A stretch of DNA of 64,000 bases from Alteromonadaceae bacterium (lineage in GTDB: Bacteria > Pseudomonadota > Gammaproteobacteria > Enterobacterales > Alteromonadaceae). Positions within the stretch are counted from its first letter, which is position 1. Every line of letters begins with the position of its first letter. A program made the translations under genes and the position numbers. The stretch covers positions 70,292-134,291 of the forward strand of contig CBFHMJ010000028.1 of NCBI GenBank assembly GCA_965656875.1, written 5' to 3'. Shown here piece by piece: positions 1 to 13,000 of this stretch. The notes under the pieces were generated by a model. The model searched no databases and had not been told where the DNA came from. It worked only from the letters and a program-made list of their open reading frames with translations.

Positions 1-2307
1 GCGCTGAAACAGGCTGATTCGGCGAATCAGGCAAAGAGTGATTTTCTGGCGAACATGAGCCATGAGATCCGAACGCCGATGAATGCCATTATCGGTTTGA
101 GTTTTCTGGCATTAAAAACCCGACTGACCACGCAGCAACAAAACTATCTCTCCAAAATCAGCACTTCATCTCAGTCTTTACTTCGCATCATTAATGACAT
201 TCTGGATTTTTCGAAAATCGAGGCGGGCAAGTTGCAGCTTGAACAAACGTCGTTCGATCTGGATGAAATGCTGACGGATTTAATCAGCCTGATTGCACCA
301 AGGGCTAAGGCGAAAGGGACGGAGATCATTCTGCATTGCCCGATTGATACGCCAAAACAGCTGGTCGGTGATCCGCTGAGATTGAGTCAGGTGATCCTGA
401 ATCTGGCCAGTAATGCGGTGAAGTTCACCGATGCCGGTGAGATTGTCATCAGCATTACTCACGAAATGCAGGCCGATAACAACCTGAAATTGTCGGTGGT
501 GGTCAAGGATACAGGGATTGGTATGACGACCGAGCAAATAAGCCGTTTATTTAGTTCATTTACCCAGGCAGATACATCAACGACGCGCAAATATGGCGGC
601 TCTGGACTGGGACTGACGATATCGAAACAATTAGTTGAACTGATGGGCGGTGAAATCTCTGTAGACAGCCATCAGGGGCAGGGAAGTACGTTTACCTTTT
701 TCGTTGAACTGAAGCAGGATCGCCGAAACCGCAAATCGCTAATGTTATCGGAACAGCTAACTGTGCTGGCTGGTAAACGGGTGTTAGTGGTTGATGATAA
801 TGAGTCGGCGCTATTGAGCATCAGAGAAATCATGAATTCGTTAAAGTTGGAAGTGTGTGCTGTGTCGTCCGGACAGGAGGCTTTGGCTGAAATTCAGCGT
901 ACTGGTGGCGATCGCACGGCGAAACCTTACGATATTATCCTGATGGACTGGCAAATGCCGGGCATGAATGGTATCGACACGGCCAAAATCATCAAGCAGC
1001 AACTGGGGGATACATCGCCGATTATCATCATGGTGAGTGGGCTGGATGGTAATGAAATTTTCCGGGATTCTCAGGATATTCTCGATGGTTATCTGCAAAA
1101 GCCCGTTAATTCATCATCAATTTTTAACATCATTGTGACCAGTTTGATTAATGGTGCCGGTGGTCAGTCAATACCGGAAGACAGAACACTGGTGAGCATG
1201 CCATCTGAAGTCAATCTGACCGGTATTCAGTTGCTAGTGGCGGATGATAACGAGATTAACCAGCAGGTCGCTTCTGAATTGCTGGCGAGCTGCGGAGCTG
1301 CACTCGATATCGTGAGTAATGGACAAGAAGCGGTTACGGCGGTGCTGGCGCATCCGGATAAGTACGATCTGGTGTTAATGGATATTCAAATGCCTGTGAT
1401 GGACGGCTATATGGCAACGGAAGCAATTCGAAAACAGTATGACAGCAAATCGTTGCCCATTGTGGCGATGACGGCGCATGCGCTGGTGGGCGAAAAAGAA
1501 AAATCTATCATGCGAGGGATGAATGACCATATCACCAAGCCGATTGATCCGACGGTGTTGTACAACACCGTGCTGCAATATGTTGATTCAAGCAAGATCA
1601 AGCCATTGATGGCTAATGAACAAAGGGTTAATCCATTGGATCAGACAATGACAGATGCGTTGAATCTGGCGGGGATCTCGGTTGAACGTGCGTTGATGAG
1701 TAGCAATCACAAACCAGCGCTGTTGCGTAAACTGCTGTCTGATTACTGGCAGAAATATCGCCAGGTGACGGAACAAATGCAAACCATGATGGCAACTGAT
1801 GACAAACAATCCTTGTTGTTTACCTTACATTCCTTAAAGGGAGTGACCGGGATAATTGGGGCGTTGTCGTTGAGTGATGAGTGCGAACGGCTGGAGCAAC
1901 AGGTTAAAACTACCAACACGGAGATGACAGGTATCTCGCTGGATACATTTGCGACATTACAGGCGCAGTTGTTAAGTGGTTTATCGTCGATTGTTTTATC
2001 TACCAATGAGTCGGGTTCGCCCGTGGTTGTTGAGCAACAGGCAACAGCCTCTGAGCAGGTGACAGAATCTGGCGTAGACATTACCCAGCTGGCTGAATTG
2101 CTTGAGGTACTGAAAGAGATGGTCACAAACGGACATTATGATGCAGAGAAGAAAGTGCAGGAGCTGGCGGTATTACCCGGGTTTACCGAACATCAGCGAT
2201 TGCAGGCGGTTGCAGCAAAGTTGGCAGACTTTGATTTTGAGGATGCGTTGTTGTTGTTGTCAGAGCTGGAAGATGTGCTGTTGAACAATGAAGTCTCACC
2301 AGCCTGA
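1..2307 (+). CDS. Hybrid sensor histidine kinase, 5' end outside window (HisKA-HATPase-REC-REC-Hpt)
   Basis: The reading frame is open from window position 1. The H-box is ...[18 protein letters not shown]. The ATP-lid G-box is [19 protein letters not shown]. Two receiver domains are present (VLVVDDNE...[12 protein letters not shown] and LLVADDNE...[12 protein letters not shown]). The C-terminal Hpt motif is HSLKGVTG. Confidence 0.85.
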   Translation, partial: ALKQADSANQAKSDFLANMSHEIRTPMNAIIGLSFLALKTRLTTQQQNYLSKISTSSQSLLRIINDILDFSKIEAGKLQLEQTSFDLDEMLTDLISLIAPRAKAKGTEIILHCPIDTPKQLVGDPLRLSQVILNLASNAVKFTDAGEIVISITHEMQADNNLKLSVVVKDTGIGMTTEQISRLFSSFTQADTSTTRKYGGSGLGLTISKQLVELMGGEISVDSHQGQGSTFTFFVELKQDRRNRKSLMLSEQLTVLAGKRVLVVDDNESALLSIREIMNSLKLEVCAVSSGQEALAEIQRTGGDRTAKPYDIILMDWQMPGMNGIDTAKIIKQQLGDTSPIIIMVSGLDGNEIFRDSQDILDGYLQKPVNSSSIFNIIVTSLINGAGGQSIPEDRTLVSMPSEVNLTGIQLLVADDNEINQQVASELLASCGAALDIVSNGQEAVTAVLAHPDKYDLVLMDIQMPVMDGYMATEAIRKQYDSKSLPIVAMTAHALVGEKEKSIMRGMNDHITKPIDPTVLYNTVLQYVDSSKIKPLMANEQRVNPLDQTMTDALNLAGISVERALMSSNHKPALLRKLLSDYWQKYRQVTEQMQTMMATDDKQSLLFTLHSLKGVTGIIGALSLSDECERLEQQVKTTNTEMTGISLDTFATLQAQLLSGLSSIVLSTNESGSPVVVEQQATASEQVTESGVDITQLAELLEVLKEMVTNGHYDAEKKVQELAVLPGFTEHQRLQAVAAKLADFDFEDALLLLSELEDVLLNNEVSPA

Positions 2308-2344
2308 AAATCAGGTGATACGTTTAATTAAACAGGTATGAAAG

Positions 2345-3325
2345 ATGAGTAAACCACGAGTATTAATCGTTGATGATGAAGTGCTGAACATCAATGTGCT
2401 AATCGGCATACTGGCGAATGATTATGAGTTAATTATCGCGAAAAACGGCAGTCAGGCGTTAAGGCGGTTTGAATCTCAGCTACCTGATTTAGTACTGTTG
2501 GATATCATGATGCCGGATATGGATGGTTATCAGGTCTTTAAAAAGATTCAGGAGCACCCGGAAGGGGCTAAAGTGCCGGTGATTTTTGTGACATCCCGAC
2601 GAACACCGGAAGAAGAAACAATGGGCTTGAAACTGGGAGCGGCGGATTACATTACCAAACCTTATACACCATCGATTGTTGAGGTACGGGTTGCGAATCA
2701 AATCCGCTATAAACAGAACCAGGATGAACTGGAACGGCTAAATTATACGGATGCATTGACGGGCATCGCCAATCGTCGTCGTTTTGATGAATCGTTGGCA
2801 AAGTGGTGTGTATCGGACGAAAAGCAGTCGCTATTTTCGTTGATCATGATCGATATTGACCATTTTAAGTTATACAACGATTTTTATGGTCATGCGGCTG
2901 GTGATGAATGTATTAAGGCTGTCGCCAGTCAGCTACAGGAGTGTGTTGATGCTGTGGGTGGGCTGGCATCACGCTATGGCGGCGAAGAATTTGTCGTCAT
3001 CCTGCCTGATACCGATAATGAACAGGCCATGAGTTGTGCAGATAACTTGTGTGTGTCGATTCAGGCATTGAATATTCCTCATGCACGATCAGAAACGTGC
3101 GATACCGTAACGATTAGCCTGGGTGTGCATACGGTTGACAACCGTGATGATCAAATACGTGACGCGGAAACTATCGTGCAACAGGCTGATAAAGCGCTGT
3201 ATCGGGCAAAGATGGCCGGGCGTAATTGTTTAATCGGCAGTTGCAGTGTGTATGGTGATTCAAGTTCAGATGATACGGATGAAAATCAGGAAACGCTGGC
3301 GCAAACTTCTGAGCCAGCGGAGTAA
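2345..3325 (+). CDS. Response regulator with GGDEF diguanylate cyclase domain (PleD/WspR-like)
   Basis: The N-terminal receiver domain reads VLIVDDE...LLDIMMPDMDG with a conserved K in ITKP. The I-site is RRFD. The active site is RYGGEEF. It lies 38 bp downstream of the kinase gene, so the two are likely one operon. Confidence 0.85.
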   Translation: MSKPRVLIVDDEVLNINVLIGILANDYELIIAKNGSQALRRFESQLPDLVLLDIMMPDMDGYQVFKKIQEHPEGAKVPVIFVTSRRTPEEETMGLKLGAADYITKPYTPSIVEVRVANQIRYKQNQDELERLNYTDALTGIANRRRFDESLAKWCVSDEKQSLFSLIMIDIDHFKLYNDFYGHAAGDECIKAVASQLQECVDAVGGLASRYGGEEFVVILPDTDNEQAMSCADNLCVSIQALNIPHARSETCDTVTISLGVHTVDNRDDQIRDAETIVQQADKALYRAKMAGRNCLIGSCSVYGDSSSDDTDENQETLAQTSEPAE

Positions 3326-3337
3326 GCATTAAGCAGG

Positions 3338-4261
3338 TTACTCAGGTTCTTTGCCCATAAAATACATATAGTTATCTATGCCGTCGAAACCCATATCGAA
3401 CGAATCGTAATTAACATCACCCGGCGGTGTCCCATTCAGAGAAGCCGTTTTATTGACGGGATATGAACGGCGCTTATCTTCATAGCGACCATAATACAAT
3501 TCTTTAAAATCACTGTTTTGCTTGAACGCAATGAAGTAGTAGTGCTCCATCGCCAGGAAATAATGGTTGCTGTCGTAATGCATCGACCAGCGCGTCCAGT
3601 CCAGATCCACTGGCGCATCGACAATATATAGTGCTTCGGTAGTGATGCCATTGGGCCGACAACGTAATGTATTGTTTTCCCACAGATACTGATAAAGCTC
3701 ATTACAACGTGGTTGTTCTTCGGATGAATTTTTCAAAAAGTAAAAATGATAGTTTGTAGGGTTCGGTAGCTTCCCATCGGTGAATACCTTACCTGGTAAT
3801 TCATTGAAGTTTGGAGTACTCAAGGCTGAGAGGTTTGCACTATTAAAGTCTGGAACAGCGGGGGGGTTGTCTTCATCCGGCGGCAGTTCGTGGAGTAGTT
3901 GTATTTTTTCGATGATGCCATCGTATTTAAACGTGTTGCCCTGCAGGATGAATTGATACAAATATTTGCTGCTATCCTCCTTGAAGAAAAAAAGTCGGGT
4001 GACTTTCTTATCGTCAATGATTGCCCAGCGCTTCCAGGCCATATCTATATCTGCATTTTCTATAAAAAACTTCTCGTCGGTAAAGGTAAATTCAAGGCTG
4101 GATTCTTCACCGAGAGTTTCAACGCGTTTTTGTAAAGCTCGGTATAACACTCTCATGTTTAATTCCCATGGTTCAGCTTGTTGGAAGTTGACGTTTCTGA
4201 CATCAATCCGATGTTCAGCATGTATTAATCGTTGTTCGAATAAGAAATTATGAATAACCAT
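3338..4261 (-). CDS. Hypothetical protein (307 aa, no recognisable domain, no signal peptide)
   Basis: This is a long ORF on the minus strand with coding-like composition. It is divergent from the next gene. I recognise no motif. Confidence 0.45.
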   Translation of the reverse strand: MVIHNFLFEQRLIHAEHRIDVRNVNFQQAEPWELNMRVLYRALQKRVETLGEESSLEFTFTDEKFFIENADIDMAWKRWAIIDDKKVTRLFFFKEDSSKYLYQFILQGNTFKYDGIIEKIQLLHELPPDEDNPPAVPDFNSANLSALSTPNFNELPGKVFTDGKLPNPTNYHFYFLKNSSEEQPRCNELYQYLWENNTLRCRPNGITTEALYIVDAPVDLDWTRWSMHYDSNHYFLAMEHYYFIAFKQNSDFKELYYGRYEDKRRSYPVNKTASLNGTPPGDVNYDSFDMGFDGIDNYMYFMGKEPE

Positions 4262-4335
4262 GTTTACATAATGGATACATGTTATACCATGTTTGTTTCC
4301 AAAATAAATAAATTTATAACAAGGGTGTGACGATT

Positions 4336-5331
4336 ATGTCTGTAGATTTTGATCAGGAGAACCTGGGACCGCTGGAAGCGTTGATTGGCACATGGCGCGG
4401 TACAGATGGCTGGCATGTGATTGCAGTGAAAGGCGACTACGAAGAAAAGTTTGGTAAAAAGGCCGGGAAAGATTCAGGGAATCATTACTTCAAATGTTTT
4501 ACCCGAGGTTATGTGGAAACCGCGACATACTCGCGGTTGGAAGCGTTACCCGAGGAGTTCTTTAAAACTCGGAAGGGTAAAAAACTAAAAGCGTTGAAGG
4601 AATGTAAGGGTGGTCTGCGCTATGAAATAGAGATTCATGATATTGATCAGGATGAAGCCTACCCGCCGATACATACCGAGACAGGGTATCTGTTGTACTT
4701 TGAAGATAAGCATTTCTCGCCGTTGGATCATAATGTACCTGGAAAAGAATATTCGATTGTTCGATATGTTGACTTCTCCCCGGAAGGTTCAACAGAGCAA
4801 ATGCTGGTTGTGATGGCCGGTAATTCAACCTATAGCCATGATCGCCCCTGGATTCACTCGGTTTCTTCCTTACCATTAGCATCCGATCTTGAAGGTGCGC
4901 CAGAACACTATCTACAACCATATCGGGACCAGCAAGAACGTTGGCTGATTCCGGACGCCGCAGAAGGCAGAACACCGAAAAAGGTGTTTGATGTGCTATT
5001 CCCCAATAACAACCTGATTAAAGATAATTTGGGCTTGCATATTAATAATACTCGCCATATTGCACTGGATTCAGCAAATCTGGATGATTTAGACCCGCTG
5101 CCTTATACCAACAGAGGCATGGATGTGGTTCGTTCCAGTATCAATTATTGGATCACCGAAGCGAAGTTACCCATGTCTGGTCAGAACATTCAGCGTTTGC
5201 AGTACTCTCAGGTGGTCGATGTGGCATTCATGCGAAAGTTCACGGTGACGGATGACAGCGAAACCTATACTTCAGACGACTATATAAAATGGCCGCATAT
5301 TACGATTAATACATTGGTGAAGCAGGATTAA
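4336..5331 (+). CDS. Hypothetical protein with nitrobindin/DUF1794-like N-terminal beta-barrel domain
   Basis: ATG at 4336 is preceded by AAGGGTG; the ORF track begins at a GTG at 4327. The N-terminus (LEALIGTWRGTDGW...IHTETGYLLYF) matches the LxxLxGxWxG / HxETGYL signature of nitrobindin-like heme-binding barrels. The C-terminal ~180 aa is unassigned. Confidence 0.5.
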   Translation: MSVDFDQENLGPLEALIGTWRGTDGWHVIAVKGDYEEKFGKKAGKDSGNHYFKCFTRGYVETATYSRLEALPEEFFKTRKGKKLKALKECKGGLRYEIEIHDIDQDEAYPPIHTETGYLLYFEDKHFSPLDHNVPGKEYSIVRYVDFSPEGSTEQMLVVMAGNSTYSHDRPWIHSVSSLPLASDLEGAPEHYLQPYRDQQERWLIPDAAEGRTPKKVFDVLFPNNNLIKDNLGLHINNTRHIALDSANLDDLDPLPYTNRGMDVVRSSINYWITEAKLPMSGQNIQRLQYSQVVDVAFMRKFTVTDDSETYTSDDYIKWPHITINTLVKQD

Positions 5332-5361
5332 ACCAGAGTAGATAAATCGACAGATTTCATT

Positions 5362-5389
5362 AAAAACCCCGAGCTTGCTCGGGGTTTTT
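5362..5389. terminator. Bidirectional rho-independent terminator between convergent genes
   Basis: The sequence is aaaaaCCCCGAGCttGCTCGGGGttttt. It has a GC-rich perfect stem flanked by an A-run and a T-run. Confidence 0.65.
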
Positions 5390-5410
5390 AATGAACTACT
5401 TATCTGATAG

Positions 5411-6658
5411 TTAACGATCACTGGTTGATGCTGGTGCGGCAATATTAATATTACATTGTGAATGGTCATAGCCTGGTTTTACCTGGGGTATGACTTTGTA
5501 CATGTCTAACAAACGATAATAATTCTCGCCCAGTACGATAGCCCTGAACGCTTCGTCGTTTAAAAAGCAATTGATATAACTGGTTTTCTTCAGTTCTGTT
5601 AAATAACGGTCGTTACAGGTTGCTGCGGATGGATTGCTTTCATCACTACACTTATTGATGGATGCAACAAAGTCAGTGCCAGTAATAAACCTCGGATAAT
5701 GCTCTTCTTTATTCAGAAAATCAGCATAGGTTTTTCGATATTCATCGTTTTTAAAATACACGTCGTACAACACAGACCAGGACAGATCGGCATGAAGATT
5801 TGGGTATCGTTTAAACAAGTCGCCAAGAATGTTCAGATGTTCTTCTGGCGAGATTTGTGTCAGCTCGCGGGATAACCCCATGTGTTGCCAGATAATGGTA
5901 TTGTCCGGATACTGATCCAGAATGAACTCGAACAGATAGAGATACTTGGTATTTTCAGCGAGCCTTTTAACGCGATGGTGTTTTTCGTTTTCAGCGATGT
6001 CGATACCTAAATCAATGTGCAGACTTAAAGGAATATTCTTGTCTTTCAGGTAGTCCATGAAAGGCCGCCAGGCCTTAACTGCCTCTTTCGTCACCGGGCG
6101 ATGTCCGTTTGGGAAAATTGCTTGTTTTACGGCATTGACTTCACCCGCCCACTGGAACATGTCGTCCTTATCGATAAAGGTTGTGGTGCCGTACTCATGT
6201 TCATTCAATAACCGCATTAAGATCAGATTGTGTTTTGGTCGCTCAAGATCCATAAAAGTCATTGAAACAGTCAGATCGGGCATGTCAGCTGAATGCACGC
6301 TGGCCATATTGGCATTGACGATGTCGTTTTGAAGGGTAGGCCTGACGGAATACTCAATACAGTCGGTATAATACGTACATCCGGAATCCCAGGGGAGCGT
6401 TTGACCAATACCAAACATGTTAGCGCGATCAATACCGTTGTCCTTCAACACCTGCATCATCACTCTGTGAGGAATTGCTTTGCCGCCAAAGGGCTGAAAA
6501 TGCAAATGTGCATCAATGATCATTTGGTTCCCCGTGGGGGTTGATCTGTCATGCAGAATATCCGATACGTCGGTGGAGGAAGCCGTACTGGTGCAACTCA
6601 ATGTCGCAGCCAGTAAAGGTAGCAGACTTAAACGTTTGAATTTGAGCAGGTTCATCAT
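5411..6658 (-). CDS. Secreted amidohydrolase-family (Amidohydro_2-like, metal-dependent TIM-barrel hydrolase) protein
   Basis: The N-terminal signal peptide is MMNLLKFKRLSLLPLLAATLSCTSTASS. An IIDAHLHF metal-binding motif lies near the mature N-terminus. The ORF is 415 aa. Confidence 0.55.
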   Translation of the reverse strand: MMNLLKFKRLSLLPLLAATLSCTSTASSTDVSDILHDRSTPTGNQMIIDAHLHFQPFGGKAIPHRVMMQVLKDNGIDRANMFGIGQTLPWDSGCTYYTDCIEYSVRPTLQNDIVNANMASVHSADMPDLTVSMTFMDLERPKHNLILMRLLNEHEYGTTTFIDKDDMFQWAGEVNAVKQAIFPNGHRPVTKEAVKAWRPFMDYLKDKNIPLSLHIDLGIDIAENEKHHRVKRLAENTKYLYLFEFILDQYPDNTIIWQHMGLSRELTQISPEEHLNILGDLFKRYPNLHADLSWSVLYDVYFKNDEYRKTYADFLNKEEHYPRFITGTDFVASINKCSDESNPSAATCNDRYLTELKKTSYINCFLNDEAFRAIVLGENYYRLLDMYKVIPQVKPGYDHSQCNINIAAPASTSDR

Positions 6659-6965
6659 TTGTCCCGTTAATTATTATGTTTCGTTATTGTTAACATCATA
6701 AAAGACTGTATCTATTACAGGTTGTGTTTGCAATCTTAGAAACATAAGACCCACACTGCAGATTCTTTTAACATCGGTTATTCACTCGACATTTTGCGAT
6801 TTTCGCCGAAGTTCATATCTGAAATGGAAATGACACCGCAACGAGCAGTCGCTCTAAATAATTCACATATCTGCACTACATGATTTTCCCATTCAGACTT
6901 TCACAATGAACATATGATATAAAACAAAAAATATACAAAAATGTCACATTTGTACCTTGCTTACA

Positions 6966-6993
6966 TTTACATCTGCATCTGTACGGGTACAAT
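6966..6993 (+). promoter_or_regulatory. Candidate sigma70 promoter upstream of giant gene (-35 TTTACA, 16-nt spacer, -10 TACAAT)
   Basis: A motif match was read in the AT-rich 350-bp intergenic region, about 75 nt upstream of the probable start at 7069. Confidence 0.25.
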
Positions 6994-7068
6994 CCTTCCG
7001 CTATTTGTTTCTAAATGGGATTAGCAGTTTCCATTTGTTTGTTCATTACTTACATGGAGCTTGTCTGT

Positions 7069-10000
7069 ATGACACCGCTTGTACCGCCTGAAACAACCAG
7101 ACGTTCAACCGTTCGGTTGCTTACCCTTTGTATATCTTTTCTAGTTGCACTCTCTTCCTGTTCCTTCTTTCCTGATGATTATTCAACGCCTGATAGTCGT
7201 TCGAGTAGTGTGTCGGTCAAAGAAGGATTAATCGTTGTTAATAACAATGATCCTGCCTCATTGAACACAGCAATCAGTGAAGCCATCAACGATACAAAAT
7301 GTGATGATGGTTGTGTGATTGATATCCGGGAGACCGGAACCATTAGTCTGAGTGACACCCTGAACAAAATTGAGGGTGTTGATAAACCGATTTGGATTGT
7401 GGGAGACGATGAAGACACCACAACGATTAACGGTAATGACCATCAACATTTTTATGTTGGAAATGGCGCAGGGAGTTATCTGGCGTTACAAAAAGTCACC
7501 CTGAATAACGGTAAAGTGAAGGGCGGAGACGCGGAAACCGGTGCTGGTGGTGGACTGGGTGCCGGTGGCGCAATGTTTATCAACAACGGTCTGGTGATTC
7601 TTGATCATGCAGCTGTGACAAACAGTGAAGCGTTAAAAGGTGTTTCTAACGGTGATGCCGGACAGGGAGGTAACGGTGATAAACACGAAGGTAAAGACGG
7701 TGGTGCTGGCGCTCGCATGAATAAGGGAGCCAGATTTGTGCCCGCTGATACTAACGGTGGTGGAGCTGGTGAAGGTGGTGACACCTGTAAAGAAGGCGGT
7801 GATATTTGCGATGCACAAGATAAACAGCACGGTGATCCTGGCGAGTTTGGTCGCGGTGGTGGTAGTGCTGGCGGTGGCGGCGGTGACGGCGGTGCCGATG
7901 ATGATGGTGAATGGCCAGACTCAGATACTGAGCCAGGTCGTGGCGGTAGTGGTGGCTCAGGTGGTCAACATGGTCAGTCTGGTAGTGGTGGCGATACGCC
8001 GTGCAATAAATGTAATACCGGTGCTTCGGGTGGCGCAGGCGGCGACGGAGCAGGTTTAGGCGGAGGTATTTTTGTTCGTCATGCTAATGGTGCTCGCATC
8101 ATAGTGAACAACAGTGATTTTTCAGGTAATAACGCATCAACGACGAGCGATGCACTACACGTTCACAAAAACGACTCTGAAGAATCAAAAGGTAACACCA
8201 GCAATCTGAATTATAACAACAGCAGTCTGGCAACCTTGTCACTGGCATTAGTTGATATTAATGGTGAGCCAACAGAACGCGTGATTGAAGGCGAGCGCGC
8301 AATTTTGGTGATTAAGGTCGAAGACGGTTCGTTGCCCAACGAAGGCGGCGCTGACGTACCTGTTTACATGTATTTGTCCGATCTGGATGCATTGGCAGAA
8401 AAAGGCTCGGGTAATATTACTAACGATGACGATGCTGATTTTGCCTGGAATGGTTCAAATCTGATCAAACTGATGTTGCCCGCAGGTCACAGTGGTGATT
8501 ATTACGTAAATCTACCAGATGCAGACGGTACCAATGCTCTTGGAGCTTACGCTGGTATTCAGACTTACATCGATAAGAAACTGGAGGGTGACGAAACCTT
8601 CACCGTTAGTTTGTTAGTGGGCGAAGATTACCAACTGGCCGATGACAATACCTCACAAGAAATCATCATAGAAGACGCGAATTATCAGGTATCGCTGTTG
8701 GGTGATAGCGACATGAATCATACCGCGATTTGCGATGCAGCCGATGCGCTGGAACAAGCAGCGGATGACCCTGCCAGTGATTGTAAGACTGGAGGTCGTG
8801 CAACTGAAATTGATGTCGATGACTTGAAAGGTCTGGGCTATGTCACGGTTCAGGCGAAACGTCCTGTGGGTGTACAACGTCCTGATAAAAGTGGCGAATT
8901 ACCTGATGGCTGGCAAACGACAGACGGGCAATATTCATCACTGATTATTGGCGAATTGTTCAACAATGGTCTGGCGGGTGGTTTACCCGTTCATTATGCC
9001 CTGAGCGGTAAACCAGATGGCGTGTTCACCAATCAGGTGAATTACAACAATGAAAACTATGAAGGCATTGATGGTGAGTTGGACGCTCTGGACGGTGCGC
9101 AAATTTTCAACGCGGTGGTGATCCCGGTTACTGATCTGGAATCTGACGAGCCGCAACCTCTGCCGCCTGGCGCAGCCCGCATTTATTTTTCAGCGCTGCC
9201 AGATGCAGTGCAAGAAGCCAGCCAGTCGTTTGAACTGACGCTGGCAACCTTCCCGAATGACCCTTCTTATGATCCTGAAAATTTCTGTAATGAAGAAAAT
9301 GAGTCCTATTGTGAGGTGTTAGAAAACACACCCGCAGGCAAATATAAATATTACAGCGTCCACGGTGACACTGCTGAAAACAGTGCCACGTTGATTGTGC
9401 ATGATAGTGGCGAATTTACCGCTGGACTGGTAGTGATCGACAATATTAACGGTGAAGTGGTCACAGATGCGCAGGATTCAACGAATCCTTTGCTGATTGA
9501 TGATCAGGGCGATTTGGCGTTCTGGTTAAAGCTGGGCAGCCAGCCAACGGATACGGTTGACGTTACTGTTAATGGCGATACGTTTACGTTCGATGAAGAA
9601 AACTGGCAATACTATCAACCTGTTACGATTGCCAGTGGTGACTGGACAGCCGACATTGATCTGACCGTCAGTAGCAACGACAGCGAATATTCGTCTGGGT
9701 TAAATCGAACGCTGGTGCCGCGTGATGATGCAACACGTATCAAAATCAAAGAAGCAGCAATCCCTGCTGTTGCTGAGCGCTACATTGAAGTTGGTATTCG
9801 CACCACCGTTGAAGATTATGTTGAAGGATCGCTGGATTATCCGCAATTCGATCTGGTGTTAGGACAGCCACTACCATTTGTGGTTGAGGTAGCTGTTTCA
9901 GCTGATTTGAACGGTGATGTGACAACTCATTCATCGGTGATTCCGGCCTGGCAACAGGTCTCTCGCGTCACAGTGCCTGTGATGAATAATGATCTGGTGG

Positions 10001-13000
10001 ATGGTGTCCGCACGCTAACAACTACAGTGACGGACATTACTGCACCGGGCGGTCAGGCCATACAGAATATTAGTATTGCCCTGGATATGAGCGCGGCAAA
10101 TGTTGTGGTGAAAGATGACGAACAGGCGACTGTGTTAATCACCCAACATCTTCCGGATGCACCAACACGTGGTGACATCGCCCGGCTATTGCCGGATGTG
10201 GAAATCCTTGGGATCTCAGCATCGGGTAACTTACAGGTTCAACATAATGACAGTCGCTTAAAAGAGATTGTGATTTCACCGTTAGGTGAAGGCGATAGCG
10301 GTTCGAACAGTGTGACTCAGCAAGGGTTGCTCTATGAATTGATCACTGATGAGTCTGTGGAAGAAGAAGGTAAACAAGCGAAAGGAGCGGCGCGAGAAGG
10401 TGGCTACGATTATATCACCCTGAAGGAAGAACCCTACAAAGCACAGATAAATGAAGCGACTGATCCGTTTGGCCTTGCCAGCATTCCGCAAGGACATATC
10501 GTGCGTCAACGTGGTTATCTGGTGGTTGATCAGGACGGTGAATACACCTTTACTTTCAACGCACCGGCTGACCAGAAGCTGGAAGTCTGGCTTAATCCTC
10601 GTGACGACGATAATCAGAATATTGGCATGATTCTGCCGTATCTGGACGGCACCGAAAATCCTCCGGCTAATACGTCACAACCTGTGACACTTAACGCCGG
10701 AACTCGCTATTACATCGAAGCCTTGTACAGTGCGCCAGAAGCAACCGACGGCGTTGGTGTTGCTGTACAAATTCAGTTTGAACCAGCTTCGGGCGGGACG
10801 CGTTCTTCGCCTGTGCCGATTCCACTGGAGTGGTTGTCGCCTGCCAATATTGACGGTGGTTTCACGGTAGAAGTCTTTGACGGTATTGGTACAGAATCGA
10901 TTGATAAATTCATGCAATCTCAGGACTTTATCCACGGCAATGCGTCACGGATTGATATTCTGACCGACAAGCTGGAAATTCCGGCCTCTGACGCGGCGAT
11001 TGATGTTGGTCGCCGGATCAGCGTGACGCTGACCGCGCCAGAACACGGTGAATACCAGTTTGCGCTGGCCTCTGATGGCGATTCGATTCTTTATGCACTG
11101 GATGATGATGGCAACCGTAACGAAATTGCCTGGGTAAAAGGTAATGAAAAATATGCGGATTACACCATCGAAAAAGTGCAGGATGATTTTGTCGGTAATC
11201 CGATTACCCGGGCGAAGTTCAGCTTGCGTCGTTATGGCGACGATATCACCGCCAGTACCAACTGGAAAATTGAATACGATATTGCAGACGGTATGCCAGG
11301 TACCTTACCTTACGGCGATCCCGGCGTTAAAAGTGTCACTATGTATCGCAGTATGGATACCCAGGACGAAAATGAGATTTGTGTTGAGGATCACCTGACA
11401 TCCAGCGTTGTGATTGGTTTCAATGGCACAGAGGAACCAGCATTTGAAAATACCTTTAATTTTTCTGGACCGCGTAATTGTGAAGATGAGTTCTTTGAAG
11501 GGTTTGATGGCAAACAACTGGATCTGATCTTCCTCGATCTGGCTGATTTTAATGCCGAATCGGAGTATCTGAATCTTCGCCTGGATGACCATTTGCTGGA
11601 TCTACCACCGGATTATCCAGTTGCATATGACTGGTTATGGAGTGAAACGCCAGATGATGAAGGGGTGTACACCGATGGCCAGCAAAATTCTCAACAGCGC
11701 TCGGCTACAATTGCCTTGCAACAAGGTAAAGAATATCGCTTTGAAATTGTTCAGATAAATCCACGTCATGACGATCATCTCGCGGTTGCCTGGCAACGTC
11801 CTTCTTCCAGTGAACTTGAAGTCATCGATGCCAGATATATTTCATTTGCGCGTCTCACATTGCCAGTAACCTTGCAAGAAGCTTCTGCGGCGGGGACTGA
11901 ACTGACCGGTGAGTCGATGAGTCTGACGGTGAAATCACCACCGTTCAGCTATAAAGGCAATCAGTACCAGGTTTCGTCAGTGACGCTGGCGGGCGATCCG
12001 GTTCCTGACCCGGATGAGGGTGCAACGCCTTATCAACCACCAGGCTGGCTGGAGTTCGTTTCAGGTTTTGCGGCAACGGTTCAACATGACAGCGTGATCA
12101 ACAGCACCAGCGCGACCGATGTTGCCTTGACCTTGCAGGACCGAACAATCGATCCGCAAGTGGTGAGTTTAACGGTTGGACAAACCCAGCGACTGGGATT
12201 CCAGCTAAAAGGCAAGCCTGCCAATAATGCGAACGTGATTGTTGATGTTGCTGTGACCTATCCGCAATACGACCCAGTTAACAGCGCATTACTGGAATTT
12301 ACCTGTAAGGGTGGTGGTACCGGACCGGGGTGTCTTCAGTTTACCTTCACCAGCAATGACTGGAATGTGCCGCAGTTCTTAACGGTTGAAGCGATGGCGG
12401 AAGGTCCGATTGCTGATGAAAGCTACATTCCTGATTTATCAAAAGCCTTCCTTGTTGCTCAGCAACGTGCTGCAAAAGACGATTCAAATGTGTTCACGGA
12501 AGATAGCATTGAAGTTCAAATCTACCCGGATGCCACGCAAAACGACACTACGTACTTTGCCAAAGCTCAGGGCGGCGACATCACTGAGATAGGTTTTACT
12601 GCTGACTCCATTTCAGGCATTACCGTTGAAGGCGAGGAATCTGGCTCGTTGAGCTGGACGTGGCAAATGGTGGACGACAAAACCCTGGCTGGCATGATTG
12701 GTGGTTCTGACCCGGCGAGAGCGGCAGTCCGTGTCCATGCGATGACGGAAGACGAAGCAACGGCGTTGCAAAGTGGTATTACCGACGGTGCTGACCCGGT
12801 GACGTTCACCGCGAGTGTGGAACTGACCAGTGAGTACTATACGGCGATGGAAGATTCCACGGAGCAAATAACCGTTAGTGGTATACGCTGGATGGTAAAC
12901 AGTGCTGATGCAGCACAAGCCGAAGTGACGATCAGCAATGGAACGCCAACGTTGGCAATGAATGCGGTTGTTACAGGCACGGCGTCGTCAGTGACGGAAT

